Assembly: GCA_964598655.1 (NCBI GenBank)
Contig: CAZRCT010000009.1
Coordinates: 1,652 to 65,651, forward strand
Reading direction: 5' to 3'
Source of the DNA: an uncultured Gemmatimonadaceae bacterium
GTDB taxonomy: Bacteria; Gemmatimonadota; Gemmatimonadetes; Gemmatimonadales; GWC2-71-9
DNA: 64,000 nt
This document shows, one piece after another, positions 8,825-18,358 of this stretch (within the stretch, counting starts at the first letter, position 1; each line of letters begins with the position of its first letter). The notes under the pieces were generated by a model. It had not been told where the DNA came from and ran no database searches. It was given only the letters and a program-made list of their open reading frames with translations. The position numbers and the translations under genes are program-made.

Positions 8825-10831
8825 ATGCTGATCCTTGCCGCGCTGCTCGCCGTCCTGCCGCCCTCGCCGGCCCCGCTGCTGCCCCTGCCCCGCGAGGTCC
8901 GCTGGGGCGAGGGCCGCCTGCGGCTGGACTCCACGGCCACCGCCACCACGAGCGGCTTCCACGACCGGCGGCTGGGCCGCGGCATCGCGCGGACGCTGGC
9001 GCACCTCGAGCAGCGGATCGCCCTGCCGCTCGCCGACAGCGCGGGCGGCGGCGCGGGCGGCACGCTGGTGGTGGCGGTGCTGGGCGCGGGCCAGCCGGTG
9101 CAGGGCCCCGGCGAGGACGAATCGTACACGCTCGACGTCACCCCGGCCGGGGCCCGGCTCACGGCCCCCACCGTGGTGGGCGCGCTCCGTGGCCTGGCCA
9201 CCCTCGAGCAGCTGGTGCAGGCCGACAGCGCCGGCTTCTACCTCCCCGCCGTGCACATCAGCGACGCGCCGCGCTTCCCCTGGCGCGGCGTCCTCATCGA
9301 CGCCGGCCGCCACTTCGTGCCGCCGGAGCTGATCCGTCGCACCCTCGACGGCATGGCGGCGGTGAAGCTCAACGTGCTGCACTGGCACCTCTCCGAAGAC
9401 CAGGGCTTCCGGGTGGAGAGCAAGCGCTTCCCCAAGCTCCACGAGCTTGGCTCCGACGGCCAGTACTACACCCAGCAGGAGCTCCGCGACCTGGTGGCGT
9501 ACGCCCGCGACCGCGGCATCCGGGTGGTCCCCGAGTTCGACATGCCGGGGCACGCCACCAGCTGGTTCGTGGGCTACCCCGAGCACGCCAGCGCGCCCGG
9601 CCCCTACGCCATCGAGCGCCGCTTCGGCGTCTTCCCGCCCGCCTTCGATCCCACGCGCGAGTCCACCTACCTCTTCCTCGAGCAGTTCATCACCGAGATG
9701 GCGGGGATCTTCCCCGACCCCTACTGGCACATCGGGGGCGATGAGGTGATGGGCAAGCAGTGGAACGAGAACCCGCGGATCGCCGCCTACAAGCGGACGC
9801 ACGGGATGCGGACCAACGAGGCGCTGCAGGCATACTTCAACCAGCGCCTTTCCCGCATCCTGGCCCGCCACCACCGTCGCATGGTGGGCTGGGACGAGAT
9901 CCTGCACGAGGGCATTCCCGCCGGCACCGTGGTCCAGTCCTGGCGCGGCACCGAGTACCTGGGGCGGGCGGCGCGCCAGGGCCTCGACGGCATCCTGTCG
10001 GCGCCCTGGTACCTGGACCACATCAAGACCGCCGAGGACCACTACCTCGCCGACCCGCTGCCCGCCGGCTCCACGCTCACGCCCGAGGAGGCGAGGCACG
10101 TCCTGGGCGGGGAGGCCTGCATGTGGGCCGAGCACGTGAACCCCGAGACCCTCGAGAGCCGCCTCTGGCCCCGCCTCGGCGCCATCGCCGAGCGCCTCTG
10201 GTCCCCGGCGGACGTGCGCGACGTGGCCGACCTCTACCGCCGGCTGAGCCCGCTGAGCCTCCAGCTGGAGCGCCTGGGGCTCACCCACGAGGCGCACGTC
10301 GGCCGGATGCTCCGGCGCCTCACCAACCAGCGCGAGTCGCCGGTGCTCGAGCGGCTGCTGCGCTACGCCATGCCGGTGAGCTTCGGCGAGCGGTCGAGCC
10401 TCCAGCGCACCACCCAGCTCACGCCCCTCACCCGCCTCGTGGACGCCGCCCGCCCCGACCCGTGGGCCCGGGTGGCGCTCCGGGAGCGCGCCACCGAGCT
10501 GGTGGCGTCGGAGTTCCGGGACCAGGCTGCCCTGCACGACCTCCGCGCCACCTTCAGCCAATGGATGGCGCTCCCCGGGGAAGTGGAGGCGCTCCTCCCC
10601 ACCACCCCGCTCGCCGCCGACGGCCTCCCGGCCGCGCGCGCCCTCGCCGAGCTTGGCCGCCTCGCCCAGGACGTGATCGACTGGCGCACCGGCGCCGTGG
10701 TGGCCCCCGACGGCTGGCAGGCCTCCACCCACGCCCGCCTCGACGAACTCAACAAGCCCCAGGGCCTCCTGCGCCTCGCCGGGATCGATGCGGTGCGCGC
10801 GCTGGTGGGCCCGCGGTCGCCGTCACCCTGA
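8825..10831 (+). CDS. GH20 beta-N-acetylhexosaminidase
   Basis: ORF 8723..10831; start chosen at ATG 8825 (MLILAALLAVLPP signal peptide). Motifs: RFPWRGVLIDAGRHF, LHWHLSEDQGFR, DMPGHA, HIGGDEV. Confidence 0.9.
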   Translation: MLILAALLAVLPPSPAPLLPLPREVRWGEGRLRLDSTATATTSGFHDRRLGRGIARTLAHLEQRIALPLADSAGGGAGGTLVVAVLGAGQPVQGPGEDESYTLDVTPAGARLTAPTVVGALRGLATLEQLVQADSAGFYLPAVHISDAPRFPWRGVLIDAGRHFVPPELIRRTLDGMAAVKLNVLHWHLSEDQGFRVESKRFPKLHELGSDGQYYTQQELRDLVAYARDRGIRVVPEFDMPGHATSWFVGYPEHASAPGPYAIERRFGVFPPAFDPTRESTYLFLEQFITEMAGIFPDPYWHIGGDEVMGKQWNENPRIAAYKRTHGMRTNEALQAYFNQRLSRILARHHRRMVGWDEILHEGIPAGTVVQSWRGTEYLGRAARQGLDGILSAPWYLDHIKTAEDHYLADPLPAGSTLTPEEARHVLGGEACMWAEHVNPETLESRLWPRLGAIAERLWSPADVRDVADLYRRLSPLSLQLERLGLTHEAHVGRMLRRLTNQRESPVLERLLRYAMPVSFGERSSLQRTTQLTPLTRLVDAARPDPWARVALRERATELVASEFRDQAALHDLRATFSQWMALPGEVEALLPTTPLAADGLPAARALAELGRLAQDVIDWRTGAVVAPDGWQASTHARLDELNKPQGLLRLAGIDAVRALVGPRSPSP

Positions 10832-10840
10832 CCGGGTCCC

Positions 10841-10984
10841 GCGGCGGAGCCGAAGCCGCCGCCGGGCAGAGGGCGCGTGGTGAGGCACTCGGCGATCGCG
10901 CCAGCGAGCGCCGAGTGCCGCAGGCCGAAGGGCGGGGCCCCGCCCCGCCCTGAGGGCGCCCGGTGGCGGCTTCGGCTCCACCGC
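10841..10984. other. Compound nested stem-loop element between convergent GH20 and GH109-like genes
   Basis: The outer arms 10841-10866 / 10959-10984 pair over about 26 bp with 2 mismatches. They enclose an 11-bp hairpin (10884-10894 / 10909-10919) and the 16-nt palindrome GGGCGGGGCCCCGCCC (10930-10945). Confidence 0.5.
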
Positions 10985-11006
10985 CCGCGCGCCGGGCCCC
11001 GCGAGC

Positions 11007-12353
11007 CTATGCCGACACGATGGGCCACTGCGGAAATTTCGCCCACCGCCCCCGGGTGAAGTCCGGCACCTGCTGCGGCTTCCCGCCCTGCCGCACCGAC
11101 CGGATCGTCAGCTCCACCATCGCGGACAGCGCCGCCGCATCGTACACGTTCATGTCCGTCGGCTCGCCCTTCCGCAGGCACTCGATCAGCCGGTAGTCCT
11201 CGAGGAAGTCCATCCCCCCGTGCCCGCGGTCCATCTGCTGGATCCGCTCGCTCCGCCACAGCGGATGGTCGAACTCCGCGTAGAACGTCTCGGCCGGGTC
11301 CCACCCGTGCCCCTGGCTCCGCCCCTCGAGGTGCACCCGGTACGGCCACCCCGACACGATGCCCTTGGTGCCCTGCAGCGTGGCCAGCCGGCTGTACGGC
11401 CGCGGGTTGTTGGTGTTGTGCGCCAGGTAGATGGTGCGCCCCTTCGCCGTCTGGATGAGCGAGACGTTCTGGTCGCCGAGCACGTAGCGCTCGGCGCGGC
11501 GCGGGTCGTCGGCGGGCAGCGTGGCCTGCCACGCCTGCAGCCCGCGCGAGGGCGAGCTCATCGACACCACCGTGGTGAAGCGGTCGCCGCGGTTGATGTC
11601 CATGGCGTTGGCCACCGGCCCGAGGCCGTGCGTCGGGTACAGGTTGCCGTTGTGGGTCATGGACCAGGCGCGGCGCCACAGCCCCTCGCCATCCTTCGAG
11701 AACTTCACGCCGCGCAGGTCGTGCAGGTACGCCGCCTCGCCGTGCAGGATCTCGCCGAGCACGCCCTGGCGCGCCATGACCAGCATCATGAGCTCGAAGC
11801 GGTCGTAGTTGCAGTTCTCCATCATGATGCAGTGCTTCCGCTCCCGCTCCGCCGTCTCCACCAGCTCCCAGCAGTGGTCCAGCGACATCGCCGCCGGCAC
11901 CTCGGTGACGGCATGCTTGCCGTGCCGCATGGCCGCGAGCAGCACCGGCACGTGCCACTCCCACGGCGTGGCCGTGTACACCAGGTCCAGGTCCGCCTCG
12001 GCGCACAGCCGCTCGAAATCCCGCGGGCCCCGGGTGTAGAGGGTGGGGGCCGGCTGGCCCGCCGCCACCACCTTCGCCGAGGCGGCGCGCGCGTGGCTCT
12101 CGTCGATGTCGCAGATGGCCCGGAGCTCCACCCCCTCGAGGCTCAGCAGGTTCTCCACGTGCACCGACCCCATCCCGCCCACGCCCACGAAGCCGATCCG
12201 CACCCGTTCCATCGGCGGGGCCCGGAAGGGGAGCGGGTCGCCGGGCGCGGGCGGGGCCGGGCGGCGGGCCAGCGCGGAGGCGGGCGGGACGAAGGCGGCG
12301 CCGAGGGCGAGCGTGGCGCCGGCATGGATGAAATCGCGACGGGAATTGGCCAT
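11007..12353 (-). CDS. Tat-exported Gfo/Idh/MocA-type NAD oxidoreductase fold, GH109-like glycosidase
   Basis: Twin-arginine signal (NSRRDFIHAGATLALGAA), Rossmann motif IGFVGVGGMGSVH, and a 448-aa length typical of GH109. Confidence 0.75.
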   Translation of the reverse strand: MANSRRDFIHAGATLALGAAFVPPASALARRPAPPAPGDPLPFRAPPMERVRIGFVGVGGMGSVHVENLLSLEGVELRAICDIDESHARAASAKVVAAGQPAPTLYTRGPRDFERLCAEADLDLVYTATPWEWHVPVLLAAMRHGKHAVTEVPAAMSLDHCWELVETAERERKHCIMMENCNYDRFELMMLVMARQGVLGEILHGEAAYLHDLRGVKFSKDGEGLWRRAWSMTHNGNLYPTHGLGPVANAMDINRGDRFTTVVSMSSPSRGLQAWQATLPADDPRRAERYVLGDQNVSLIQTAKGRTIYLAHNTNNPRPYSRLATLQGTKGIVSGWPYRVHLEGRSQGHGWDPAETFYAEFDHPLWRSERIQQMDRGHGGMDFLEDYRLIECLRKGEPTDMNVYDAAALSAMVELTIRSVRQGGKPQQVPDFTRGRWAKFPQWPIVSA

Positions 12354-12565
12354 GGCCGTGGGACGCGGAGGAGGGGTTGGGAAACCGGGCCGGGGGCCCG
12401 GGGAGGCGGCGGCCGCAACGGCCCAAGCTGTGGCGCCGAGCGGCGATAGCAGGGGTGCCCGTTTGGTGGTAGAATGGTAGCGCGCGCCGCCGGAATCACC
12501 ACCCGGCCGCAGGACCGGCCCCCCCGCCGGCCCCCGGGTTTCCTTTGCTTGGCGTCCCTTCGCTG

Positions 12566-14476
12566 ATGACCGTGACCGCTGCCTGCTCCCGCTGCAAGAC
12601 TCCCCTCGACCCCGGCGCGCGCTTTTGCCAGGTCTGCGGGATGAGCGTCACCGGCGAGCAGACCGCCCCGCTCCCCACCCTGCTGCAGCTCCTCCGCCAG
12701 GCCACGCTCGGCGAGTACGAGATCCTGCGCGAGGTGGGCCAGGGCGGCATGGCCACGGTGTACCTGGCGCACGAGATCGCGCTGGACCGCAAGGTGGCCA
12801 TCAAGGTCATGTCGCCCCAGTTCGTCCACGGGGCGGAGATGATCGAGCGCTTCAAGCGCGAGGCGCGCACCTCCGCGTCGCTCAACCACGCGCACATCAT
12901 CCCGATCTACGCGGTGCGCGAGTCGGAGCACCTGCTGTACTTCGTCATGAAGTACATCAACGGCCGCTCCCTCGACGCCATCCTGCGCGACGTGGGCCCC
13001 CTCCCCTTCCCGATGGTCCGCTCCATCCTGTCCGACGTGGGGCAGGCGCTCGACTACGCCCACCGCCAGGGCGTGATCCACCGCGACGTGAAGCCGGGCA
13101 ACATCATGATCGACGAGGAGGGCTTCGCGGTCATCACCGACTTCGGCATCTCCAAGGCCGCCGAGGGCGACGCCCTGACGCGGAGCGGCACCACCGTGGG
13201 CACCCCGAGCTACCTCTCGCCCGAGGCCTGCTCGGGGGAGCCGGTGGGCCCCGCCGCGGACCAGTACAGCCTGGGGATCGTGGGCTACGAGATGGTGACG
13301 GGGCAGCTGCCCTTCAGCGCCGAGTCGAGCCTCGGGATGATGTATGCCCAGGTGCACACGCCGCCCCGGCCCAGCGAGCAGCTGCGACCCGACTGCCCCG
13401 CCGACCTGCGCGCCGCCATCATGCGCATGCTGGAGAAGGCCCCCGGCGACCGCTTCGGCACCATGCGTGAGGCGGCCATCGCCGTGGGCGGGGGCCGCTC
13501 GAGCGGCGAGAGCACCCCGGACGAGCATGTGCGGAGCCACATCGGCCTGCTCGCGGCGCCGCGGCCGAGCCGTCCCGTCACCGAGGTGCGGCGGACGCCC
13601 GCCAGCCCCACGCCCTTCGCGCCGGTCTCGCCCGGCCCCAAGACGCTGGCGCGCCAGCGGCGGAAGAAGCTGGGGCTCTACGCCGGCGTGGCCGTGGTGA
13701 TCCTCGGCGGCAGCGCGGCCGCCGCGCTCCTCACGCGGACGCCCCCGCCCCCGCCGCCGCCGCCGGCGCCTCCGGTGGACACCACGCCCTCGGTGGCCGC
13801 GGATCCCTCGGCGGACAGCCTGCTCCTCGTCTCGCGCGCCCGTGCCGACTTCGCCCGCCAGCGCGCCGTGGCGAGCGGTGCCACCCCCGCGGCCCTGGCC
13901 GCCGGCGACTCGCTCCTGCAGCAGGCCGAGAGCCTGGTGGCCCATGGCCGGAAGACCGAGGCGGCGCTCCGCATCACGGGCGCCACCACGATCTTCATCG
14001 CCGCGGAACGGCCGGCCCCGGTCCCCGGCGGCACCCCGCGCCCCCCGCGCCCGGCCCCCGACACCACCCGGCCGGTGGTGGCGGACACCGCCGGACCCGG
14101 CCGGCCCAGCACCCCGGTGACGCCGCCCGTGGTCTCCGACAGCGTCGCCGTGCAGGCGTTCTACCTCGAGCTGGAGCGTGCCATCGAGTCCCGCCAGCTC
14201 GGCGAGGTGCGCCGCCTCCTCCCCAACCTGGAGGACACCGAGGCCATCGGCTGGCGCAACATGTTCGACGACCGGGACATCGAGTCCATCCAGGCCACCT
14301 ACGTGGTGAAGCGGGTGACCCGCCGGCCCGACATGCTCTACGCCCTCGTCTACGAGGAAGTGCTGCTCCTGCACAAGGGCGGCCGGGTGGAGCGCAAGCG
14401 CCGCAACAACATCAATGCGACGCTCACCCTCGGCCCCCAGGGCTGGCGCCAGATCCGCAGCGAGCGGGCCCGCTGA
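12566..14476 (+). CDS. Hanks-type Ser/Thr protein kinase with N-terminal zinc ribbon and C-terminal NTF2-like domain
   Basis: CSRCKTPLDPGARFCQVCG, then GQGGMATVY, VAIKV, HRDVKPGNIM, DFGISK, a Pro-rich linker with a TM helix and a C-terminal globular domain. TTG 12545 is an alternative start. Confidence 0.85.
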   Translation: MTVTAACSRCKTPLDPGARFCQVCGMSVTGEQTAPLPTLLQLLRQATLGEYEILREVGQGGMATVYLAHEIALDRKVAIKVMSPQFVHGAEMIERFKREARTSASLNHAHIIPIYAVRESEHLLYFVMKYINGRSLDAILRDVGPLPFPMVRSILSDVGQALDYAHRQGVIHRDVKPGNIMIDEEGFAVITDFGISKAAEGDALTRSGTTVGTPSYLSPEACSGEPVGPAADQYSLGIVGYEMVTGQLPFSAESSLGMMYAQVHTPPRPSEQLRPDCPADLRAAIMRMLEKAPGDRFGTMREAAIAVGGGRSSGESTPDEHVRSHIGLLAAPRPSRPVTEVRRTPASPTPFAPVSPGPKTLARQRRKKLGLYAGVAVVILGGSAAAALLTRTPPPPPPPPAPPVDTTPSVAADPSADSLLLVSRARADFARQRAVASGATPAALAAGDSLLQQAESLVAHGRKTEAALRITGATTIFIAAERPAPVPGGTPRPPRPAPDTTRPVVADTAGPGRPSTPVTPPVVSDSVAVQAFYLELERAIESRQLGEVRRLLPNLEDTEAIGWRNMFDDRDIESIQATYVVKRVTRRPDMLYALVYEEVLLLHKGGRVERKRRNNINATLTLGPQGWRQIRSERAR

Positions 14477-14521
14477 TGCCCGCCCGCCCGTGAGCACGCC
14501 CCGGTCCCGTTCCACCACCCC

Positions 14522-16624
14522 ATGCCCCGCCGTCTCCTGTTCCTCATGACCCTCCTCGCCAGCTCCACTGCCGCGGTCGCCGCACAGGACGCCCCCGACC
14601 CGCACCTCTGGCTCGAGGAGGTCACCGGCGACAGCGCCCTGGCCTGGGTCCGCGCCCAGAACGCGCGGAGCACCGCCGCCCTCACCGGCAGCCGCGCGTT
14701 CCAGGACCTCGACGCGCGGCTCCTCGCCATGCTCGACAGCGACGCGCGCATCCCCTACGTGGAGCGGCTCGGCCGCCACTACTACAACTTCTGGCGCGAC
14801 GCCCAGCACCCGCGCGGCCTGTGGCGCCGCACCTCGCTGGCCGAGTACCGCAAGGCCGCGCCCGCCTGGGAGGTGGTGCTCGACCTCGACCGCCTCGGCG
14901 CCGAGGAGGGGGAGAACTGGGTCTGGTCGGGCGCCAGCTGCCTGGCGCCGGCGTACCGCCGCTGCCTCCTCTCGCTCTCCCGCGGCGGCGCGGACGCCAC
15001 CGTGGTGCGCGAGTTCGACCTCGTCACGAAGCAGTTCGTCCCCGGCGGCTTCACGGTGCCCGAGGCCAAGTCGGTGGTCACCTGGCGCGACGAGGAGACC
15101 GTGTTCGTGGGCACCGACACCGGGCCGGGCAGCCTCACCACCTCGGGCTACCCCCGCATCGTCAGGGAATGGCGCCGCGGCACCCCGCTCGAGGCCGCCA
15201 CCACCATCTACGAGGGCCGCGAGGACGACGTCTACACCTACGGCTATCGCGACCTCGCCAAGGGCTACGAGCAGGACTACATCTCGCGCAGCCCCACCTT
15301 CTTCACCAACGAGCTCTACCTGCGCACCGGCGCCGAGCTGCTCAAGCTCGACAAGCCGGACGACGCCAACGCCGTGATCCACCGGGGCTGGCTCTTCCTC
15401 GAGCTCCGGAGCGACTGGGCCACCGGCGACCGCACCTGGGCCGCCGGCGCCCTCCTCGCGATCCGGCTCGACGCCTTCCTGGCCGGCGACCGGCGCTTCA
15501 CCGCGCTGTTCACGCCCACGGAGCGCAGTTCCCTCGCGGGCTTTGCGCCGACCCGGAACTACGTCCTCGTCAACGAGCTCGACAACGTGCGGAACCGGCT
15601 CTACCAGTTCCGCTTCCACAACGGCCGCTGGACCCGCCGCCCGGTGCCCGGCCTGCCCGCCTTCGGCACCGTCAGCGCGAGCGCCGTGGACGCCGACGAG
15701 TCGGATGCGTACTTCCTGACGATCACCGATTTCCTCACGCCCACGAGCCTCTACCACGGCACGCTCGGCCAGGCGCGCCCCGTGCGGCTCAAGCAGCTCC
15801 CCGCCTTCTTCCGGGCCGACGGCCTCGCCATCACCCAGCACGAGGCCACCTCGGCCGACGGGACCCGCGTCCCCTATTTCCAGGTGGCGCGCGAGGGGGT
15901 GACGCCTGACGCGAGCACGCCGACGCTCCTCTACGGCTACGGCGGCTTCGAGGTCCCGATGCTGCCGGGCTATTCCGGGGGCGTGGGCTTCGGCTGGCTG
16001 GAGCGCGGCGGCACCTACGTCCTGGCCAACATCCGCGGCGGCGGCGAGTTCGGGCCGCGCTGGCACCAGGCCGCGCTCAAGGCCAACCGCCACAAGGCCT
16101 ACGAGGATTTCATCGCCGTGGCCGAGGACCTGGTGCGCCGGGGCGTCACCACGCCGCAGCGCCTGGGCATCATGGGCGGCAGCAACGGCGGCCTGCTCAT
16201 GGGGAACATGCTGACGCTCCGGCCCGACCTCTTCGGGGCCATCGTCTGCCAGGTGCCGCTGCTCGACATGCGCCGCTATCACCAGCTGCTGGCCGGCGCC
16301 TCCTGGATGGGGGAGTACGGCGACCCCGACACCCCCGAGGAGTGGGCCTTCATCCGCACCTTCTCCCCGTACCACAACGTGAAACCGGACGTGCGCTACC
16401 CGCCCATCCTCTTCACCACCTCCACCCGGGACGACCGCGTGCACCCCGGCCACGCGCGGAAGATGGTGGCCCGCATGCTGGAGCAGGGGCACGACGTGCT
16501 CTACTACGAGAACATCGAGGGCGGCCACGCCGGCGCGGCCGACAATCGCCAGGCCGCCTTCATGTCCGCCCTGGCCTACACCTTCCTCTGGAGCCGGCTC
16601 GCGCCCGCGCCGGCGGTGCCCTGA
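14522..16624 (+). CDS. S9A prolyl oligopeptidase family serine peptidase
   Basis: 700 aa with a signal peptide and an N-terminal propeller region. The C-terminal hydrolase domain carries GGSNGGLLMG and DDRVHPGHARK. Confidence 0.9.
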   Translation: MPRRLLFLMTLLASSTAAVAAQDAPDPHLWLEEVTGDSALAWVRAQNARSTAALTGSRAFQDLDARLLAMLDSDARIPYVERLGRHYYNFWRDAQHPRGLWRRTSLAEYRKAAPAWEVVLDLDRLGAEEGENWVWSGASCLAPAYRRCLLSLSRGGADATVVREFDLVTKQFVPGGFTVPEAKSVVTWRDEETVFVGTDTGPGSLTTSGYPRIVREWRRGTPLEAATTIYEGREDDVYTYGYRDLAKGYEQDYISRSPTFFTNELYLRTGAELLKLDKPDDANAVIHRGWLFLELRSDWATGDRTWAAGALLAIRLDAFLAGDRRFTALFTPTERSSLAGFAPTRNYVLVNELDNVRNRLYQFRFHNGRWTRRPVPGLPAFGTVSASAVDADESDAYFLTITDFLTPTSLYHGTLGQARPVRLKQLPAFFRADGLAITQHEATSADGTRVPYFQVAREGVTPDASTPTLLYGYGGFEVPMLPGYSGGVGFGWLERGGTYVLANIRGGGEFGPRWHQAALKANRHKAYEDFIAVAEDLVRRGVTTPQRLGIMGGSNGGLLMGNMLTLRPDLFGAIVCQVPLLDMRRYHQLLAGASWMGEYGDPDTPEEWAFIRTFSPYHNVKPDVRYPPILFTTSTRDDRVHPGHARKMVARMLEQGHDVLYYENIEGGHAGAADNRQAAFMSALAYTFLWSRLAPAPAVP

Positions 16625-16630
16625 GGCCGC

Positions 16631-18358
16631 GTGAACGTCCTCCTCTCGGAGCTGCACGCCGCCCTGCTGCTCGCCGTGGTGACCCTGGGGGTCGCCGGGG
16701 TGTGCGCCCTCCTCTATATCCGTTTCCGGAAGGCCCACTTCTTCTGGTGGGCGGTGGGCTGGGCCCTGTACCTCGCCCGCCTCTGCGCCATCATGCTGTA
16801 CGTGCCCACGCTCGAGCCCTTCTGGCTCTACGCCCACCAGGTGGCCACGGGGTGGACGGCGGTGGCGCTGCTCTGGAGCGCCCTCGTCTTCTCCCGCGGC
16901 CTCCAGTTCCGCTGGCCGTACCTGGCGCTGGTGCTCTTCCCCCCGGTGTGGAGCTGGTACGCCATCTACCATCTCGGCACCGACGCGCGTTTCCTCTACG
17001 CCGCCATCCCGGCGGTGGTGTTCCTGAGCCTGGCCACGCTGTGGACCGCGGTGGTGTTCTTCCGCTTCAACTGGAAGACGGGCAGCTCGGGCGCCATGCT
17101 GCTCGGCCTGGCCTTCCTGCTGTGGGGATTGCACCACCTGGACTACCCCATCCTCCGGGCGCGAGGCGTCTGGAACCCGTGGGGCTATTACCTGGACATC
17201 GTCTTCATCCTGCTCGTGGCCGGCGGCATCCTGATCCTGGTCATCGAGGACCTCCAGGGCGGCGTCGGCGCGCTCTCCGCGCTCTCCGGGGACCTGCAGC
17301 GCGGCGAAGCCGGCCATGACGTGAGCGGCGCGCTGCTGGCGCGCGCGCTGGCGCTGCCCGGGGTCCGCGGCAGCGCGCTCTACGACCGGGCCCGCGGCCA
17401 GGTGACCCGCGGTCTCGGCGCCTGCGCCGCCTGGGAGGCCGCGCCGCCCGGCCCCGCCGCCCAGGCCCGCATCGACGAGGTCATCCGCACCGGGCTCCCC
17501 GCTTCGGGCAGTGCCGGCACCTTCGCCTACCTCGCGGCGCTCCCGGTGATGCGCCAGGCCGGCGTGGCCGGCGTCATGCTGATCGTGGGCGACGCGCGCG
17601 ACCCCTTCGCCGCCCTCGACCTGCCCTTCCTCCGCGCCCTCGGCCAGCAGGTGGGCGCCGCGCTCGAGAACGCTGACCTGAACCGGCGGCTGCAGCGCCG
17701 CACCGAGGACCTCGAGCGGCTCTCCGTGCGCATGCTGCAGCACCAGGAGGAGGAACGCCGCCGCCTCTCCCTCGAGCTGCACGACGAGACGGCGCAGGTC
17801 TTCTCCGCCGTGAAGATCCAGCTCGGCCTGGTGCGCGAGGAAGTCGAGGCCCCGCAGGCGGCGCGCCTGGGCCGCGTGCTCGAGCTGGTGGACGAGGGCA
17901 TGGCCAGCATCCGGAGCGTCACCGCCGCCCTCCGCCCGGCGCTCCTCGACGACCTCGGGCTCCTCCCCGCGCTCCGCGCCCTCGCCACCGACTTCGAGGC
18001 GCGCACCGGCATTGCGGCCGGCTTCACCGCGCCGGCCAGCCTCCCGCCGCTCAACGAGTCGGCCGACGTCGCCGTCTTCCGCGCCGTGCAGGAGGGCCTC
18101 TCCAACGTGGCCCGCCACGCCGACGCCGACCGGGCCGAGGTCACCGTGGAGGTGACGGAGGGCCGCCTCTGCATCGTCATCGAGGACGACGGCCGCGGCC
18201 TCGACGCCGGGGGCCCCGTGGAGGAGCACATGGGCATCGGCGGCATGCGCGAGCGCTTCGCGGCGCTCGGCGGGACCGTGGACATCCAGGGCCGGCCCGG
18301 GGGCGGCACCCGCCTCGCCCTCTGCCTGCCCCTTGGCCCCAAGGTGGTGACGACATGA
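16631..18358 (+). CDS. Sensor histidine kinase (HisKA_3 / NarX-type) with multi-pass membrane N-terminus
   Basis: GTG start 6 nt after the upstream stop. It has 6-7 TM helices, a GAF-like middle region, the H-box LSLELHDETAQVFSAV and an HATPase_c domain (GMRERFAALGGTV). Confidence 0.85.
   Translation: MNVLLSELHAALLLAVVTLGVAGVCALLYIRFRKAHFFWWAVGWALYLARLCAIMLYVPTLEPFWLYAHQVATGWTAVALLWSALVFSRGLQFRWPYLALVLFPPVWSWYAIYHLGTDARFLYAAIPAVVFLSLATLWTAVVFFRFNWKTGSSGAMLLGLAFLLWGLHHLDYPILRARGVWNPWGYYLDIVFILLVAGGILILVIEDLQGGVGALSALSGDLQRGEAGHDVSGALLARALALPGVRGSALYDRARGQVTRGLGACAAWEAAPPGPAAQARIDEVIRTGLPASGSAGTFAYLAALPVMRQAGVAGVMLIVGDARDPFAALDLPFLRALGQQVGAALENADLNRRLQRRTEDLERLSVRMLQHQEEERRRLSLELHDETAQVFSAVKIQLGLVREEVEAPQAARLGRVLELVDEGMASIRSVTAALRPALLDDLGLLPALRALATDFEARTGIAAGFTAPASLPPLNESADVAVFRAVQEGLSNVARHADADRAEVTVEVTEGRLCIVIEDDGRGLDAGGPVEEHMGIGGMRERFAALGGTVDIQGRPGGGTRLALCLPLGPKVVTT

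Noticed and set aside
12143-18229. A 2028-aa minus-strand ORF, together with similar giants at 3739-7869 (+), 51644-55888 (-), 57747-60614 (-) and 48928-51639 (-).
   Set aside because: They run antisense to, or out of frame with, genes that carry clear family motifs. Their translations are Arg/Gly/Ala/Pro low complexity. This is the usual stop-codon-poor shadow ORF effect in ~70% GC DNA.
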